Positions 48,489-57,909 of a stretch of 64,000 bases of DNA are shown here, piece after piece. A model generated the notes under the pieces. The model made no database searches, was not told the origin of the DNA, and worked only from the letters and a program-made list of their open reading frames with translations. The position numbers and the translations under genes were made by a program. Numbering within the stretch: position 1 is the first letter of the stretch; every line of letters starts with the position of its first letter. Origin of the DNA: Nitrosopumilus sp. (GTDB taxonomy: Archaea > Thermoproteota > Nitrososphaeria > Nitrososphaerales > Nitrosopumilaceae); NCBI GenBank assembly GCA_965218695.1, contig OZ244651.1, forward strand, positions 128,001-192,000, read 5' to 3'.

Positions 48489-48632
48489 ATGGCTGAAGCA
48501 TACTGTGTAAAATGCAGAGCAAAACGGGAGATAAAAAACCCTGAAACAACGACGCTCAAGAACGGACGCCCCGCCGTAAGGGGAACATGCCCCACGTGTG
48601 GAACAAAAGTCTTCCGGATAGGAAAAGTCTAG
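48489..48632 (+). CDS. Small Zn-ribbon protein (DUF5679-like)
   Basis: MAEAYCVKCRAKREIKNP....LKNGRPA..GTCPTCGTKVFRIG. Confidence 0.85.
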   Translation: MAEAYCVKCRAKREIKNPETTTLKNGRPAVRGTCPTCGTKVFRIGKV

Positions 48633-48691
48633 TGGGCACCACCACCTTTATTTTTCAAAACCAATATAGTGCTCCTCTGTTAATCCATGTC

Positions 48692-49114
48692 ATGAATGAG
48701 GAGCAATACACGAGTCTGCTTGGACGCATCCAGGGCAGTTTGGGAGACACTGACAAGAATGCCTCTGCAAGGTTCGAACTTCCGGTAGTGGATGTGCTGT
48801 GGGAGGGACAAAAGACGTTTCTGCGAAATTTTTCGGACTTCCCCAAGGTTCTGCGCAGGGATCCAGACAAGGTTCTTCAGTACCTCTCAAAGGAGTTTGC
48901 AGTTCCCGCAGAGAAGCTCGGGGACAAGGCAATGTTTATTGGCCGACGTGCCCCTGACGACTTTACAAGACTGTTTCAGATTTATGTCAAGGACTATCTG
49001 GAATGCCATACCTGCAAGAGTCCGGATACAAAGATCCACAAAGAGAACCGAATATCGTTTCTGATCTGTGAGGCATGTGGGGCAAGATCCACATTGAAGG
49101 GCAAGTATGCATGA
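48692..49114 (+). CDS. eif2b: Translation initiation factor 2 beta subunit
   Basis: Y..LL.R, RFELP, T..RNF, C..C.SPDT, CEACGA. Confidence 0.94.
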   Translation: MNEEQYTSLLGRIQGSLGDTDKNASARFELPVVDVLWEGQKTFLRNFSDFPKVLRRDPDKVLQYLSKEFAVPAEKLGDKAMFIGRRAPDDFTRLFQIYVKDYLECHTCKSPDTKIHKENRISFLICEACGARSTLKGKYA

Positions 49115-49407
49115 TGCAATTTTCAGTAAGAATGACTGACTATCAGCACAATCTGATGCTCAACATATGCGATGCCGATATTCTGGAACGCCACCTGATA
49201 GATGGCGATCTTCATATGCATATTAGCAAGGGCTGTTATGGTGAGAATCTGGTGGGGTGGAAGGCGGCAGAGGATCTACTGGAAAAGTCCTCCATAATTA
49301 ACATGGCTGGAGAAAAGATAGTCCGTCTGTCAATAGAGATCGGCGTGGGCTCTGAGGCCGGAATAAAGACCATATCTGACATTCCGTTCCTAATAGTCTT
49401 CAAGTAG
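49111..49407 (+). CDS. DUF424 family protein
   Basis: NICDADIL, I...YG, IINMAG..IV. Confidence 0.85.
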   Translation: MMQFSVRMTDYQHNLMLNICDADILERHLIDGDLHMHISKGCYGENLVGWKAAEDLLEKSSIINMAGEKIVRLSIEIGVGSEAGIKTISDIPFLIVFK

Positions 49408-49577
49408 TCCCGGTTGCATGGATTCGACAAAAGGAGGCCACGCGTGATATCCAATATTTAAAATTTCTGTAATCCTGCCAGTCGGCGTGTGCCTGATGCA
49501 GAATGGAGAATATTCAAACCACGGTTCCAGTGACCTTCAATGGAAATCCATTTACCCTGAGACATGTAAATTCTTTC

Positions 49578-50357
49578 ATGTCTGATGAGGTTGGCCGAAA
49601 GCTCGGATCCAAGATAGACCGAAAGCTTAGCCAAAAGTCCCGACATGGGGGTCTCAAGGATGGCTTCAAGAAGGGAAAGGTCGTCAACGAGGTGTTGGAC
49701 AAGCCCACTGTCATGACGCTATACAAGATGATTTCAGATCATATCATAGCATACGTCAACGGCGCAGTCAGTGCAGGCAAGGAGTCAGTACTGTTCTGGG
49801 GGGTTGATGAGAACGGCGTCAGCATCGCACTTAAAATCTATCTGGTCAGCACATCAAATTTCAAAAAGCGCGAGATCTACATTGCAGGGGATCCCAGATT
49901 CTCATACATGAAAAGAGGTACCAGAAATTTGGTTTATCTGTGGGCAAAAAAAGAATTTCGCAACCTATCCAAGTGTTACGATGCCGGCCTTGATGTTCCA
50001 AGACCGCTGTATGTGGCAAACAACATACTTGCCATGGAGTTTGTAGGTAGGGACGGCCGGCCCGCAGCATCCCTGCTTGAATCCGATGTGGACCGCGACG
50101 ACTATGATCAGGCAGTATCGATCATTCGTGACATGTACTGCAAGGCGCGTCTGGTACACAGCGACTATTCAGAGTATAACATATTCAAGACACATGATGG
50201 CCTGATACCATTTGACATGGGCTCTGCAGTAGACCTGAGACACCCAAACTCCATGGAGTTTCTTAAAAGAGATATTAACAACATTACACGGTTCTTCAGT
50301 AAAAGGGGAGTCTCCGTTGAAGATCCAGCAAAAATACTTGGGGATGTGACAAGATGA
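49578..50357 (+). CDS. rio1: RIO1 atypical Ser/Thr kinase
   Basis: SAGKES, KIY, WAKKEFRNL, VHSDYSEYNI, D.G.AV...HP. Confidence 0.94.
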   Translation: MSDEVGRKLGSKIDRKLSQKSRHGGLKDGFKKGKVVNEVLDKPTVMTLYKMISDHIIAYVNGAVSAGKESVLFWGVDENGVSIALKIYLVSTSNFKKREIYIAGDPRFSYMKRGTRNLVYLWAKKEFRNLSKCYDAGLDVPRPLYVANNILAMEFVGRDGRPAASLLESDVDRDDYDQAVSIIRDMYCKARLVHSDYSEYNIFKTHDGLIPFDMGSAVDLRHPNSMEFLKRDINNITRFFSKRGVSVEDPAKILGDVTR

Positions 50358-50926
50358 GCTTTGAAAAACTTGTTCGTATTCCAGATGACAGAATCGCAGT
50401 CCTAATTGGAAAGTCGGGATCCGTAAAATCCCGAATAGAAGCATCCTGCCATGTCATGCTGGAGATTGATGGCAACACAGGCGAGATTCTTGTAAAATCT
50501 GACGGTGACGTGGCAAAGATCAAGCCGTTCAAGGCCGTGGAGATAGTCATGGCCATCGGAAGGGGGTTTTCACCCCAGACTGCCATGACCCTGTTGAAGG
50601 GCCAGAATACGCTGCATATTATCGATCTCAAGGAGTTTGCCGGCAGGTCCAAGACTGGCATTGAAAGGATTAAAGGTAGACTTATTGGAGAAGGCGGTAG
50701 GGCTAGACGAAACATGGAAAATCTAAGTGGTACCAGCATCTCAGTTTACGGCAAAACCGTCTCCATCATTGGCAGTATAGACAGGCTGCGGCTGGCAGTT
50801 GATGCAGTCTCGTCGATCTCAAAGGGTAGCATGCATGGAGCCGTGTATGGCAGACTGGAGGCTGCAAACAGGCGAACCCGGCAGGAAAGGATGATACTAT
50901 GGGAAGATCAAAATGTCCTTGATTAA
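50354..50926 (+). CDS. KH-domain RNA-processing protein (Dim2/Pno1)
   Basis: RIAVLIGKSG, AIGRGFSP, RIKGRLIGEGG. Confidence 0.93.
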   Translation: MSFEKLVRIPDDRIAVLIGKSGSVKSRIEASCHVMLEIDGNTGEILVKSDGDVAKIKPFKAVEIVMAIGRGFSPQTAMTLLKGQNTLHIIDLKEFAGRSKTGIERIKGRLIGEGGRARRNMENLSGTSISVYGKTVSIIGSIDRLRLAVDAVSSISKGSMHGAVYGRLEAANRRTRQERMILWEDQNVLD

Positions 50927-52772
50927 GGAACAGTTCAACCAGATATCCCCCAGCGAGTTCTTTTACAGCAACCGGGATCTGGCAGGATTCAGTAATCCCA
51001 CGCGCTCGCTTTATACGGCTGTACGGGAGTTTGTCGAGAACTCGCTTGATGCGTGTGATCAGAAGGGAATCCTTCCCACCGTCCATCTTACAATTAAGCC
51101 AGTTGATCCTGACAAGCACGATCCGCGTCACTACATCCTTACTGTTCGTGACAACGGTCCGGGCATTGATCCAAAGCACATCCCACTTGCGTTTGGAACC
51201 GTCCTGTATGGCTCCAAGTTTGGCCTCAAGCAGGCGCGGGGCATGTTCGGACTTGGTGCGACCATGGCAATCCTGTACGGCCAGATTACCACCAACAAAC
51301 CTGTAACAGTAAAGAGCTCCACCGATGGAAAGACCCAGCACATATTTGAGATACTGCTGGACATTCAGAAGAACAAGCCTGTGATAGTCAGGCATGAAAC
51401 TGTAGAGACTTCGACTAGGGGACTTTCTGTGAGTATCTGTCTGGAGGGAGATTACTCCAAGGCCGGAATCAAGATTCGCAACTACGTCTACGAGACATCC
51501 CTCATTACGCCGTATGCCACCATCACATTTGATGATCCCAAGGGACAGACATTCCGCAACACCAGGTTTGTAAAAGACATTCCCCCTGCCCCTACCATAA
51601 TCCAGCCTCATCCGCACGGAATTGATGTAGAACGGATAAGAAGAATGATAGCCGAATCCAGATTTGAGATTCCCACCATTACTGATGCGATGATTGACAA
51701 GATTCGAAAGGATCTGAATCTTTCCAAGGGCAACTTCAAGTATGCTGCAATCATGGAAAGGACAAAAAAGAAATGGAAGGGCCTGTCGCGCCAGGTACGG
51801 GTCTCGCTTGCCATGATGTCATTTCTAAAGATGGATTTTGAAAAATTAAGCAAGATCAAGATCGAAGAGATTGATGTTCCCAACAAAAAGATATCCTATT
51901 GGGACTTTGGAGTCTCCCAATCCAAGTCAGTCAGTATGAATACTGCAAGCCAGTATTACAGACAGCTAACAAACACTGTTCAGGGGGAGCCGCTTGACAC
52001 GTTTCTAACCAAGAGGTTCCAACGCGTAGGTCCTACCACTGCAGCAAAGTTTGCCGAGTTTGCCGGTTTCAAACCTGAGAAAAGAATGGGAACCATGACC
52101 AATCAGGAACTGGTAATGCTAAGCGACTCTCTTCAAAAATTTGACGGTTTTCTAACACCGGATTCGAGCTGCCTTGCACCACTTGGAACAAAATCCCTTG
52201 AGAAGGGAATCAACAAGTTCTTCAACCCACAGTTTACTACCGTAATACAGCGTCCGGCCTCTGCCTACTCTGGGTTTCCGTTTATAGTTGAAATGGGCAT
52301 CGCCTACGGGGGAGACATCAAGGCCGGCGGACCACATGTCTACCGATACGCAAATCGGATTCCATTGCTCTATGACGAGGGAAGTGACGTGGTTCTCAAG
52401 GTGATAAACGAGATCGACTGGGGAAGGTACAAGGTCAAAGGCGAGCCGCCGTTTGTCATCATATCCCACATATGCTCCACTAGAATTCCGTACAAGACGG
52501 CCGGAAAGGAGAACGTTGCAGACCGGCAGGAGATCGAACGGGAGATCAGACTGGCAATACAGTATCTGTCAAGAAAGCTTGCCTCATACATGTCAAAGAG
52601 GGGGCAGGCAGACGCGGCCAAGAAACGGGCCAACCTGTATGCAAAGTACATCCCACTCATCTCCCAGTTTTGTACGGAGCTTGCAGGCAAGAAGCAGGAA
52701 CCAAAATACGGGAGAATGTTGGAAGTCCAGGGTCCGGTGGTACCTGACAGGATTGCAGAGGGGAAAGAATGA
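50913..52772 (+). CDS. top6B: DNA topoisomerase VI subunit B
   Basis: EFVENSLDA, DNGPGI, GSKF...QARG.FGLG, RYANRIPLLYD. Confidence 0.97.
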   Translation: MSLIKEQFNQISPSEFFYSNRDLAGFSNPTRSLYTAVREFVENSLDACDQKGILPTVHLTIKPVDPDKHDPRHYILTVRDNGPGIDPKHIPLAFGTVLYGSKFGLKQARGMFGLGATMAILYGQITTNKPVTVKSSTDGKTQHIFEILLDIQKNKPVIVRHETVETSTRGLSVSICLEGDYSKAGIKIRNYVYETSLITPYATITFDDPKGQTFRNTRFVKDIPPAPTIIQPHPHGIDVERIRRMIAESRFEIPTITDAMIDKIRKDLNLSKGNFKYAAIMERTKKKWKGLSRQVRVSLAMMSFLKMDFEKLSKIKIEEIDVPNKKISYWDFGVSQSKSVSMNTASQYYRQLTNTVQGEPLDTFLTKRFQRVGPTTAAKFAEFAGFKPEKRMGTMTNQELVMLSDSLQKFDGFLTPDSSCLAPLGTKSLEKGINKFFNPQFTTVIQRPASAYSGFPFIVEMGIAYGGDIKAGGPHVYRYANRIPLLYDEGSDVVLKVINEIDWGRYKVKGEPPFVIISHICSTRIPYKTAGKENVADRQEIEREIRLAIQYLSRKLASYMSKRGQADAAKKRANLYAKYIPLISQFCTELAGKKQEPKYGRMLEVQGPVVPDRIAEGKE

Positions 52773-54292
52773 TGGCAAGCAAGAAGGCACGTACTAATGG
52801 TAAAAAGGCTGCTTCCGCCAAGAAGACCGGCGCCACCAAAAAGACACCTGCAACCAAGCAGACCACTCTCATCAAGAGGAAATCCTCAGGCATCAAAGCA
52901 GCTGCTTCCGCCAAGAAGACCGGCGCCACCAAAAAGACACCTGCAACCAAGCAGACCACTCTTGCCAGAAAGAAGTCCGTCGACGCCAAGAAGGCTACTA
53001 CTCAGATCAAGAAGATCGCTATCACCAAAAAGAAAACAACCGATACCAAAAAACCCACTTCCGCTACGAGGACTACTCCTGCCAAGAAAACAGCCGCCAC
53101 CAAAAAGAAAACAGCCGCCACCAAAAAGAAAACAGCCGCCACCAAAAAGAAAACAGCCGCCACCAAAAAGAAAACAGCCGCCACCAAAAAGTCCGCTTCC
53201 ATTAGGAAGGCCGCCACCAATGTCATGATAAAACAAAAGAACGTGCTTGATGCACTCCGGATTCATGGCACAAAGATATACGACGATTTGAACGCTGGAA
53301 AATTTCCGCAGTTTTCGATACCTAGCAGATCAGTCAATAACATCGTCTATGACAAAAAGCATAGGCAGTATATCCTGGGAAACAATTCGGCATTGAGAAG
53401 CGCAAAGAACTCGTCCCAACTAAGATCCTTTACACAGCTTATGTGGCTTGCATTCTTTGCCAACAGGCTGACCCATGAGAAAAAGTCCTCGACTCTGAGG
53501 GATGTCTACTATTCGTCGCAGGCCTTTGCGATTGATTTTGACAGCCAGTCAGAATCTGACAACATTATAGTGGATCTAGAGACGGTAACTGCAAAACCGC
53601 GGGAAGATTTTCACATATTCCCAGAAGAGAGGAGCTCCATATTTGGTGACTTGGACATTGAGTACACGGTTCCGGGTTATGAGGGAAATTCTATGAACCT
53701 GTCCAACCATCCAGACGGGTATGCCATAGGGCCCAGTCTGACTACTGCCGAACTGGTAGGTACGAGTGCCGAGATTGTTATCGCAATCGAGAAAGGCGGA
53801 CTCTTTACAAGATTCGTTGAAGAACAGGTAGACAAAAAATTCAAGTCCATAATCATAAACACCGGAGGGCAGGCACCCCGTTCCACCAGAACCCTTCTCA
53901 AGAGGCTCCATGATGAGATGGGGTTGCCCATCATCATCCTTACTGACGGTGATGTGTACGGGGAGCATATTGCCATGGTTATAAAATCCGGATCTGCCAA
54001 CGCGGCCCATCTCAGGGAACTGACCGTCCCTGATGCAAAGTGGGTTGGTGTGTGGGCAACTGACATTGAAAAATACAAACTGCCTACGATTCCGATGACA
54101 GAGTCTGACATCAAGAGATGCTACGATCTGAAGAAGGATCCCAGATATGCCGACGGAATATGGAAAAAGGAGCTGGAGGTATTCTTGAGGCTTAAGAAAA
54201 AGGCAGAGCTGGAGGCCTTTTCAAAATACGGTCTTACAAACATAACTGACAAGTACCTGCCGCACAAGCTGGAACTGGCAAAGAGCCTCTGA
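52769..54292 (+). CDS. top6A: DNA topoisomerase VI subunit A with Lys/Ala/Thr-rich N-terminal extension
   Basis: STLRDVYY (catalytic Tyr), IEKGG, TDGDVYG, KAELEA. Confidence 0.96.
   Translation: MMASKKARTNGKKAASAKKTGATKKTPATKQTTLIKRKSSGIKAAASAKKTGATKKTPATKQTTLARKKSVDAKKATTQIKKIAITKKKTTDTKKPTSATRTTPAKKTAATKKKTAATKKKTAATKKKTAATKKKTAATKKSASIRKAATNVMIKQKNVLDALRIHGTKIYDDLNAGKFPQFSIPSRSVNNIVYDKKHRQYILGNNSALRSAKNSSQLRSFTQLMWLAFFANRLTHEKKSSTLRDVYYSSQAFAIDFDSQSESDNIIVDLETVTAKPREDFHIFPEERSSIFGDLDIEYTVPGYEGNSMNLSNHPDGYAIGPSLTTAELVGTSAEIVIAIEKGGLFTRFVEEQVDKKFKSIIINTGGQAPRSTRTLLKRLHDEMGLPIIILTDGDVYGEHIAMVIKSGSANAAHLRELTVPDAKWVGVWATDIEKYKLPTIPMTESDIKRCYDLKKDPRYADGIWKKELEVFLRLKKKAELEAFSKYGLTNITDKYLPHKLELAKSL
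52808..53188 (+). repeat. 62-bp duplication (52808-52869 / 52901-52962) and 21-bp tandem repeat x5 (53084-53188) in top6A 5' region
   Basis: AAGAAAACAGCCGCCACCAAA x5 encodes KKTAATK. Confidence 0.95.
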
Positions 54293-54775
54293 TTATTTTA
54301 TTCTCAGCGTCAGGACTCCGTTTCTATACTTGAAGTCCAGTATCTGCATGTTGCCTGCACCTTCTATTGGAACCTCCCTTGTGAATCCTGCAGTCCCGCG
54401 TAGATGCAGGATACCGCCAATGAGCCTAACTGTGATCTTATCCTCGGGTCCGGGAACCTCCGCCACAAAGACAAACTCGTTTTCACCCTTTATGAGATCG
54501 TATACCCAGTTTTTTGACTCCTGTTCCCTCACACTGCTGTAAAACGGCTTTTGCTCCTTTGTGATCTTTCTGAGGTGCCTGACCCAGTAGAACATGGTCA
54601 GCGCAGCCACACCAATCAGGATAAAACTCACAAATCCTGAATCCTGTCTCTGTGCCATGATGTAGATTATCCCAAGAAGCACGATAACTACAATCGGAAT
54701 GACAAAGTTCAGTGACTGTTCATTTGAGTATGTGCCCTTGTAGCTTGCCAAACAACACGGATACTGCTCTGCCAA
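54293..54775 (-). CDS. Membrane-anchored Hsp20/alpha-crystallin-like protein
   Basis: Two TM segments, then VAEVPG and YRNGVLTLRI. Confidence 0.82.
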   Translation of the reverse strand: MAEQYPCCLASYKGTYSNEQSLNFVIPIVVIVLLGIIYIMAQRQDSGFVSFILIGVAALTMFYWVRHLRKITKEQKPFYSSVREQESKNWVYDLIKGENEFVFVAEVPGPEDKITVRLIGGILHLRGTAGFTREVPIEGAGNMQILDFKYRNGVLTLRIK

Positions 54776-54998
54776 ATATAAAAGACTCTATGCGGAATCC
54801 TGCGTCCGCATTGGAGATGGCATTACCAATCTGAATTACAGGAGCCTGTGAATGTGAGCCGAGATCACACGAACTATTGTGGCAGATTGACACCCGTCTG
54901 CCTAGGCACAAATCAACGCATCCATACTAACCCCTGCACACTTCTCTGTACGACTGGCGATCTCGTACTTTTTATTACCATTCAGCATAGTCCTGCCG

Positions 54999-55220
54999 TT
55001 GGCAGATGGGCCAAAGCTTCCCGTATTCACAAAGAGGGACATAATGCTGAGGGGAACGGTAATCGCCGTGCTAATCTCGGTTCCATCACTTGTAGCCTTT
55101 GTGCTGGTCTGGATAATTCTAGGCGACATGATACTTGGGGCCATACTTGGTGCCATCATTCACTTCATAGCCATGGGGTTCTCCCTGAAAATATCAAAGA
55201 GGCTGCTGGTCAGAGGATGA
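54999..55220 (+). CDS. Small 2-TM membrane protein
   Basis: Two hydrophobic helices. Confidence 0.75.
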   Translation: MADGPKLPVFTKRDIMLRGTVIAVLISVPSLVAFVLVWIILGDMILGAILGAIIHFIAMGFSLKISKRLLVRG

Positions 55221-55277
55221 TACATAAGACCTTATGCGCACCTATTACGTATAAGGTCTATATTTCCCACGTCCGTC

Positions 55278-55640
55278 TTGGGAATGGTGAGCATATCACA
55301 GATCGAGGCGAACCTAGTCTCTGAGATAGGACTGAGTCATGTACAGGCAAGAGTGTATCTGCTGGTTACGTGCCATGGAAAGATGTCGTCTGCAGAGATT
55401 TCCCGACGATTGGGAATTCAGCCTGATGATGCCCGGAAGGCAGCCGGGGATCTGATGGCGCTAGGTGCATTCATCGACATTTCAGATACTGAGTTTGAAG
55501 CGATGCATCCACGGTTCACGGCAGTCAATATGTTTCGAAAGATGTGCCAGCGGACGGGGACGACCTTTCAGAGGAACCGGACAGTCGACAACATAGGGGT
55601 TCTGCTGGAGAAGCCGTATGATGATGCAAGAACTAAATAA
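55278..55640 (+). CDS. TrmB-like HTH protein
   Basis: GLS..QARVYLL....G..S..EIS..LGI. Confidence 0.75.
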   Translation: MGMVSISQIEANLVSEIGLSHVQARVYLLVTCHGKMSSAEISRRLGIQPDDARKAAGDLMALGAFIDISDTEFEAMHPRFTAVNMFRKMCQRTGTTFQRNRTVDNIGVLLEKPYDDARTK

Positions 55641-56055
55641 CGCAGGTAATGGCTTGATGGCATTGGACACCGAGACCTGTAAGCATCAGCCTGTATACTA
55701 TGGAGTGGTAAACATCAACATAAACGAAAGGACAATCGGTTCTGTCGATGTATGGCGATGTGGTGCCTGCAAAAAACGGTTCTGTGAAGAAAAGCAGCTT
55801 GGAATCGAGGAACTGGCGGATCTGGTGGGCATGCCCAAAATAAGCCCCGATCAAAAGTGGGCAGTGACAGTATGCAAGTTACAAAAGGACAAGTACCGAT
55901 GGAAACTGGTGAGGTTAAACCAAAACGGCACCATCAACCACGAGTGCATTGATGAGCGGCAAGTCGTACTCAATGTTGCAGAATACAAGGTCGACGATGA
56001 TGGTCACTGGAGCTTTCTAATCGACGACAACATCAACAAGGCAGTAGAGATTTAG
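55618..56055 (+). CDS. Conserved hypothetical Zn-binding protein
   Basis: C.H and WRC..CKK.FC motifs. Confidence 0.78.
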   Translation: MMMQELNNAGNGLMALDTETCKHQPVYYGVVNININERTIGSVDVWRCGACKKRFCEEKQLGIEELADLVGMPKISPDQKWAVTVCKLQKDKYRWKLVRLNQNGTINHECIDERQVVLNVAEYKVDDDGHWSFLIDDNINKAVEI

Positions 56056-56061
56056 GTTCTG

Positions 56062-56346
56062 ATGGATCTCAAAGTTCACATAAATGATGTTCACGGCAGT
56101 CAGATGGCAGCCAAGATCAACGGCCGATTCGTTTTGGACGGCACCGAATTTCATTTTACTGCAATTGCATTTGGCAGGATAGGTGGTCAGAACATAGGCG
56201 CAAATATCTCCAAAGCCACTGAAAAAAAACTGCGGGATATGGGTTACGATACAGATGAGGTCATCATGCTACTCCAAAGGAGCCTGCTTCAGGGAGACCT
56301 GGATCTTCCGGAGGGTCTTAAAAGAGAGTCTTTTGCAGACGACTAG
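56062..56346 (+). CDS. Conserved hypothetical protein
   Basis: [13 protein letters not shown] motif; operonic. Confidence 0.78.
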   Translation: MDLKVHINDVHGSQMAAKINGRFVLDGTEFHFTAIAFGRIGGQNIGANISKATEKKLRDMGYDTDEVIMLLQRSLLQGDLDLPEGLKRESFADD

Positions 56347-57134
56347 AACTCGGCCTCTTCTAGCGCCTTGGCACAGGAGCATCCCCTCGAATGTGGAATC
56401 CTGTCTATCAGGCCTGTCAGAAGATCCCTTGTCCTCTTGACGTTTTCAGATATGGTCGCCATGACCTCTTTTGTGGTAACTGGTTTTTCCGCCCATACGT
56501 CATAGTCTGTTACAGTCGCTATTGACACATAGCACATCTGAGCCTCCCTTGCCAGCTGGCACTCCGGAACCAGCGTCATTCCGATTATGTCTGCACCCGT
56601 AGACCTGTAGAATCGTGACTCGGCCTTTGTTGAAAACCGCGGTCCCTCGATGCATACGTATGTGGCATCGGTATGAATCTGCATGTCCTTCTCCTGCGCT
56701 GCTGCAAGTACTGACGATTGCATCTCCGGACAGAATGGATCTGCCACTGATATGTGAATCACCCTGCCTTCTTCTGAAAACGAGCCCTTCCTTGACTTTG
56801 TAAAATCCAGAAACTGTGACGGCATGACAAAGCGACCCGGTGCCAGCTCCTCCCTGAGGCTTCCCACTGCCGAGGGTGACACGATTCTGCTAATTCCAAG
56901 CTCCCTGAATGCCCATATGTTTGCCCTGAAGTTGATCATGTGGGGCGGAATGGTATGGCCTCTTCCATGCCTTGGAAGAAACGCGATTCTTCTTCCCTTG
57001 AAGGTTCCCACCGTGATGGCATCTGAGGGCATCCCGTACGGCGTCTTGATGGTAATCTCGCGTACATCATCAAGAAGACCAGAGTCATAAATCCCGGTGC
57101 CGCCGAATATTCCTATCTCTGCACTCTCTTCCAC
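56343..57134 (-). CDS. mtnP: S-methyl-5'-thioadenosine phosphorylase
   Basis: GGTG, RHG..H..PPH.IN, EGPRFST.AES, GMT..PE, VTDYD. Confidence 0.95.
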   Translation of the reverse strand: MEESAEIGIFGGTGIYDSGLLDDVREITIKTPYGMPSDAITVGTFKGRRIAFLPRHGRGHTIPPHMINFRANIWAFRELGISRIVSPSAVGSLREELAPGRFVMPSQFLDFTKSRKGSFSEEGRVIHISVADPFCPEMQSSVLAAAQEKDMQIHTDATYVCIEGPRFSTKAESRFYRSTGADIIGMTLVPECQLAREAQMCYVSIATVTDYDVWAEKPVTTKEVMATISENVKRTRDLLTGLIDRIPHSRGCSCAKALEEAEF

Positions 57135-57646
57135 TAGTATTTCACCAATGACTTGCAGTTGTACCCTTTGATCTTTTTGGTTCCGTTGAGATCCGTCAGC
57201 TCGATGATGAATGCAAATCCTGCGACCGTCCCACCAATCTTCTCGACGAGTCTTGCAGATGTCATGGCAGTACCGCCGGTTGCAAGCATGTCATCACATA
57301 TGACCACCCTCTGCCCGTTGCTGATGGCATCCTTTTGGATTTCCATCGTGTCCTTGCTGTATTCTGTGGTGTATGTTGATTTTGCAGTCTTTCCGGGAAG
57401 CTTTCCTGCCTTTCTAATCATTACCATACCCTTGTTGTATCTTGTGGCAAGCAAGCATGCCAGAATGAATCCCCTTGAGTCAATCCCTGCAAACAGATCG
57501 ACATCCCTGGGATTGTAATGCCTTGAAAACTCATCTGCAATGGTGCTCAAGGCAGAAGGATCCCTGAGCATGGGGCCAAAGTCCCTGAATATGATTCCCT
57601 TTTTGGGAAAGTTTGGATAATCTGCTATTCTGTCTCTTAGGTTCAT
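57134..57646 (-). CDS. apt: Adenine phosphoribosyltransferase
   Basis: [33 protein letters not shown]. Confidence 0.95.
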   Translation of the reverse strand: MNLRDRIADYPNFPKKGIIFRDFGPMLRDPSALSTIADEFSRHYNPRDVDLFAGIDSRGFILACLLATRYNKGMVMIRKAGKLPGKTAKSTYTTEYSKDTMEIQKDAISNGQRVVICDDMLATGGTAMTSARLVEKIGGTVAGFAFIIELTDLNGTKKIKGYNCKSLVKY

Positions 57647-57909
57647 ACCACTCTGGCAAAACAGGTAAAATAAAATTGTTTGATTCTGCCGTGTATGGCA
57701 CCGTTCAGGGGGTGGGCCTGAATATGACGCACAACTCTCATGAAACCTGGAACATCCGCGCCTGCATTCCGGATGCCGTCAGAGTATCTTGCATGTGGCA
57801 GAATTTCTGATGAATCCATATGGACATGTAATGGCACTGGCACTACCCTATCGTATGTGTGGTATTTGCAGACCGGAACACTTGTTGGCCGGAATTATCA
57901 CGTTGGCAG

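Noticed and set aside
51645-51985. Intein in Top6B
   Set aside because: No N-terminal Cys/Ser block A, no C-terminal His-Asn and no LAGLIDADG motifs.
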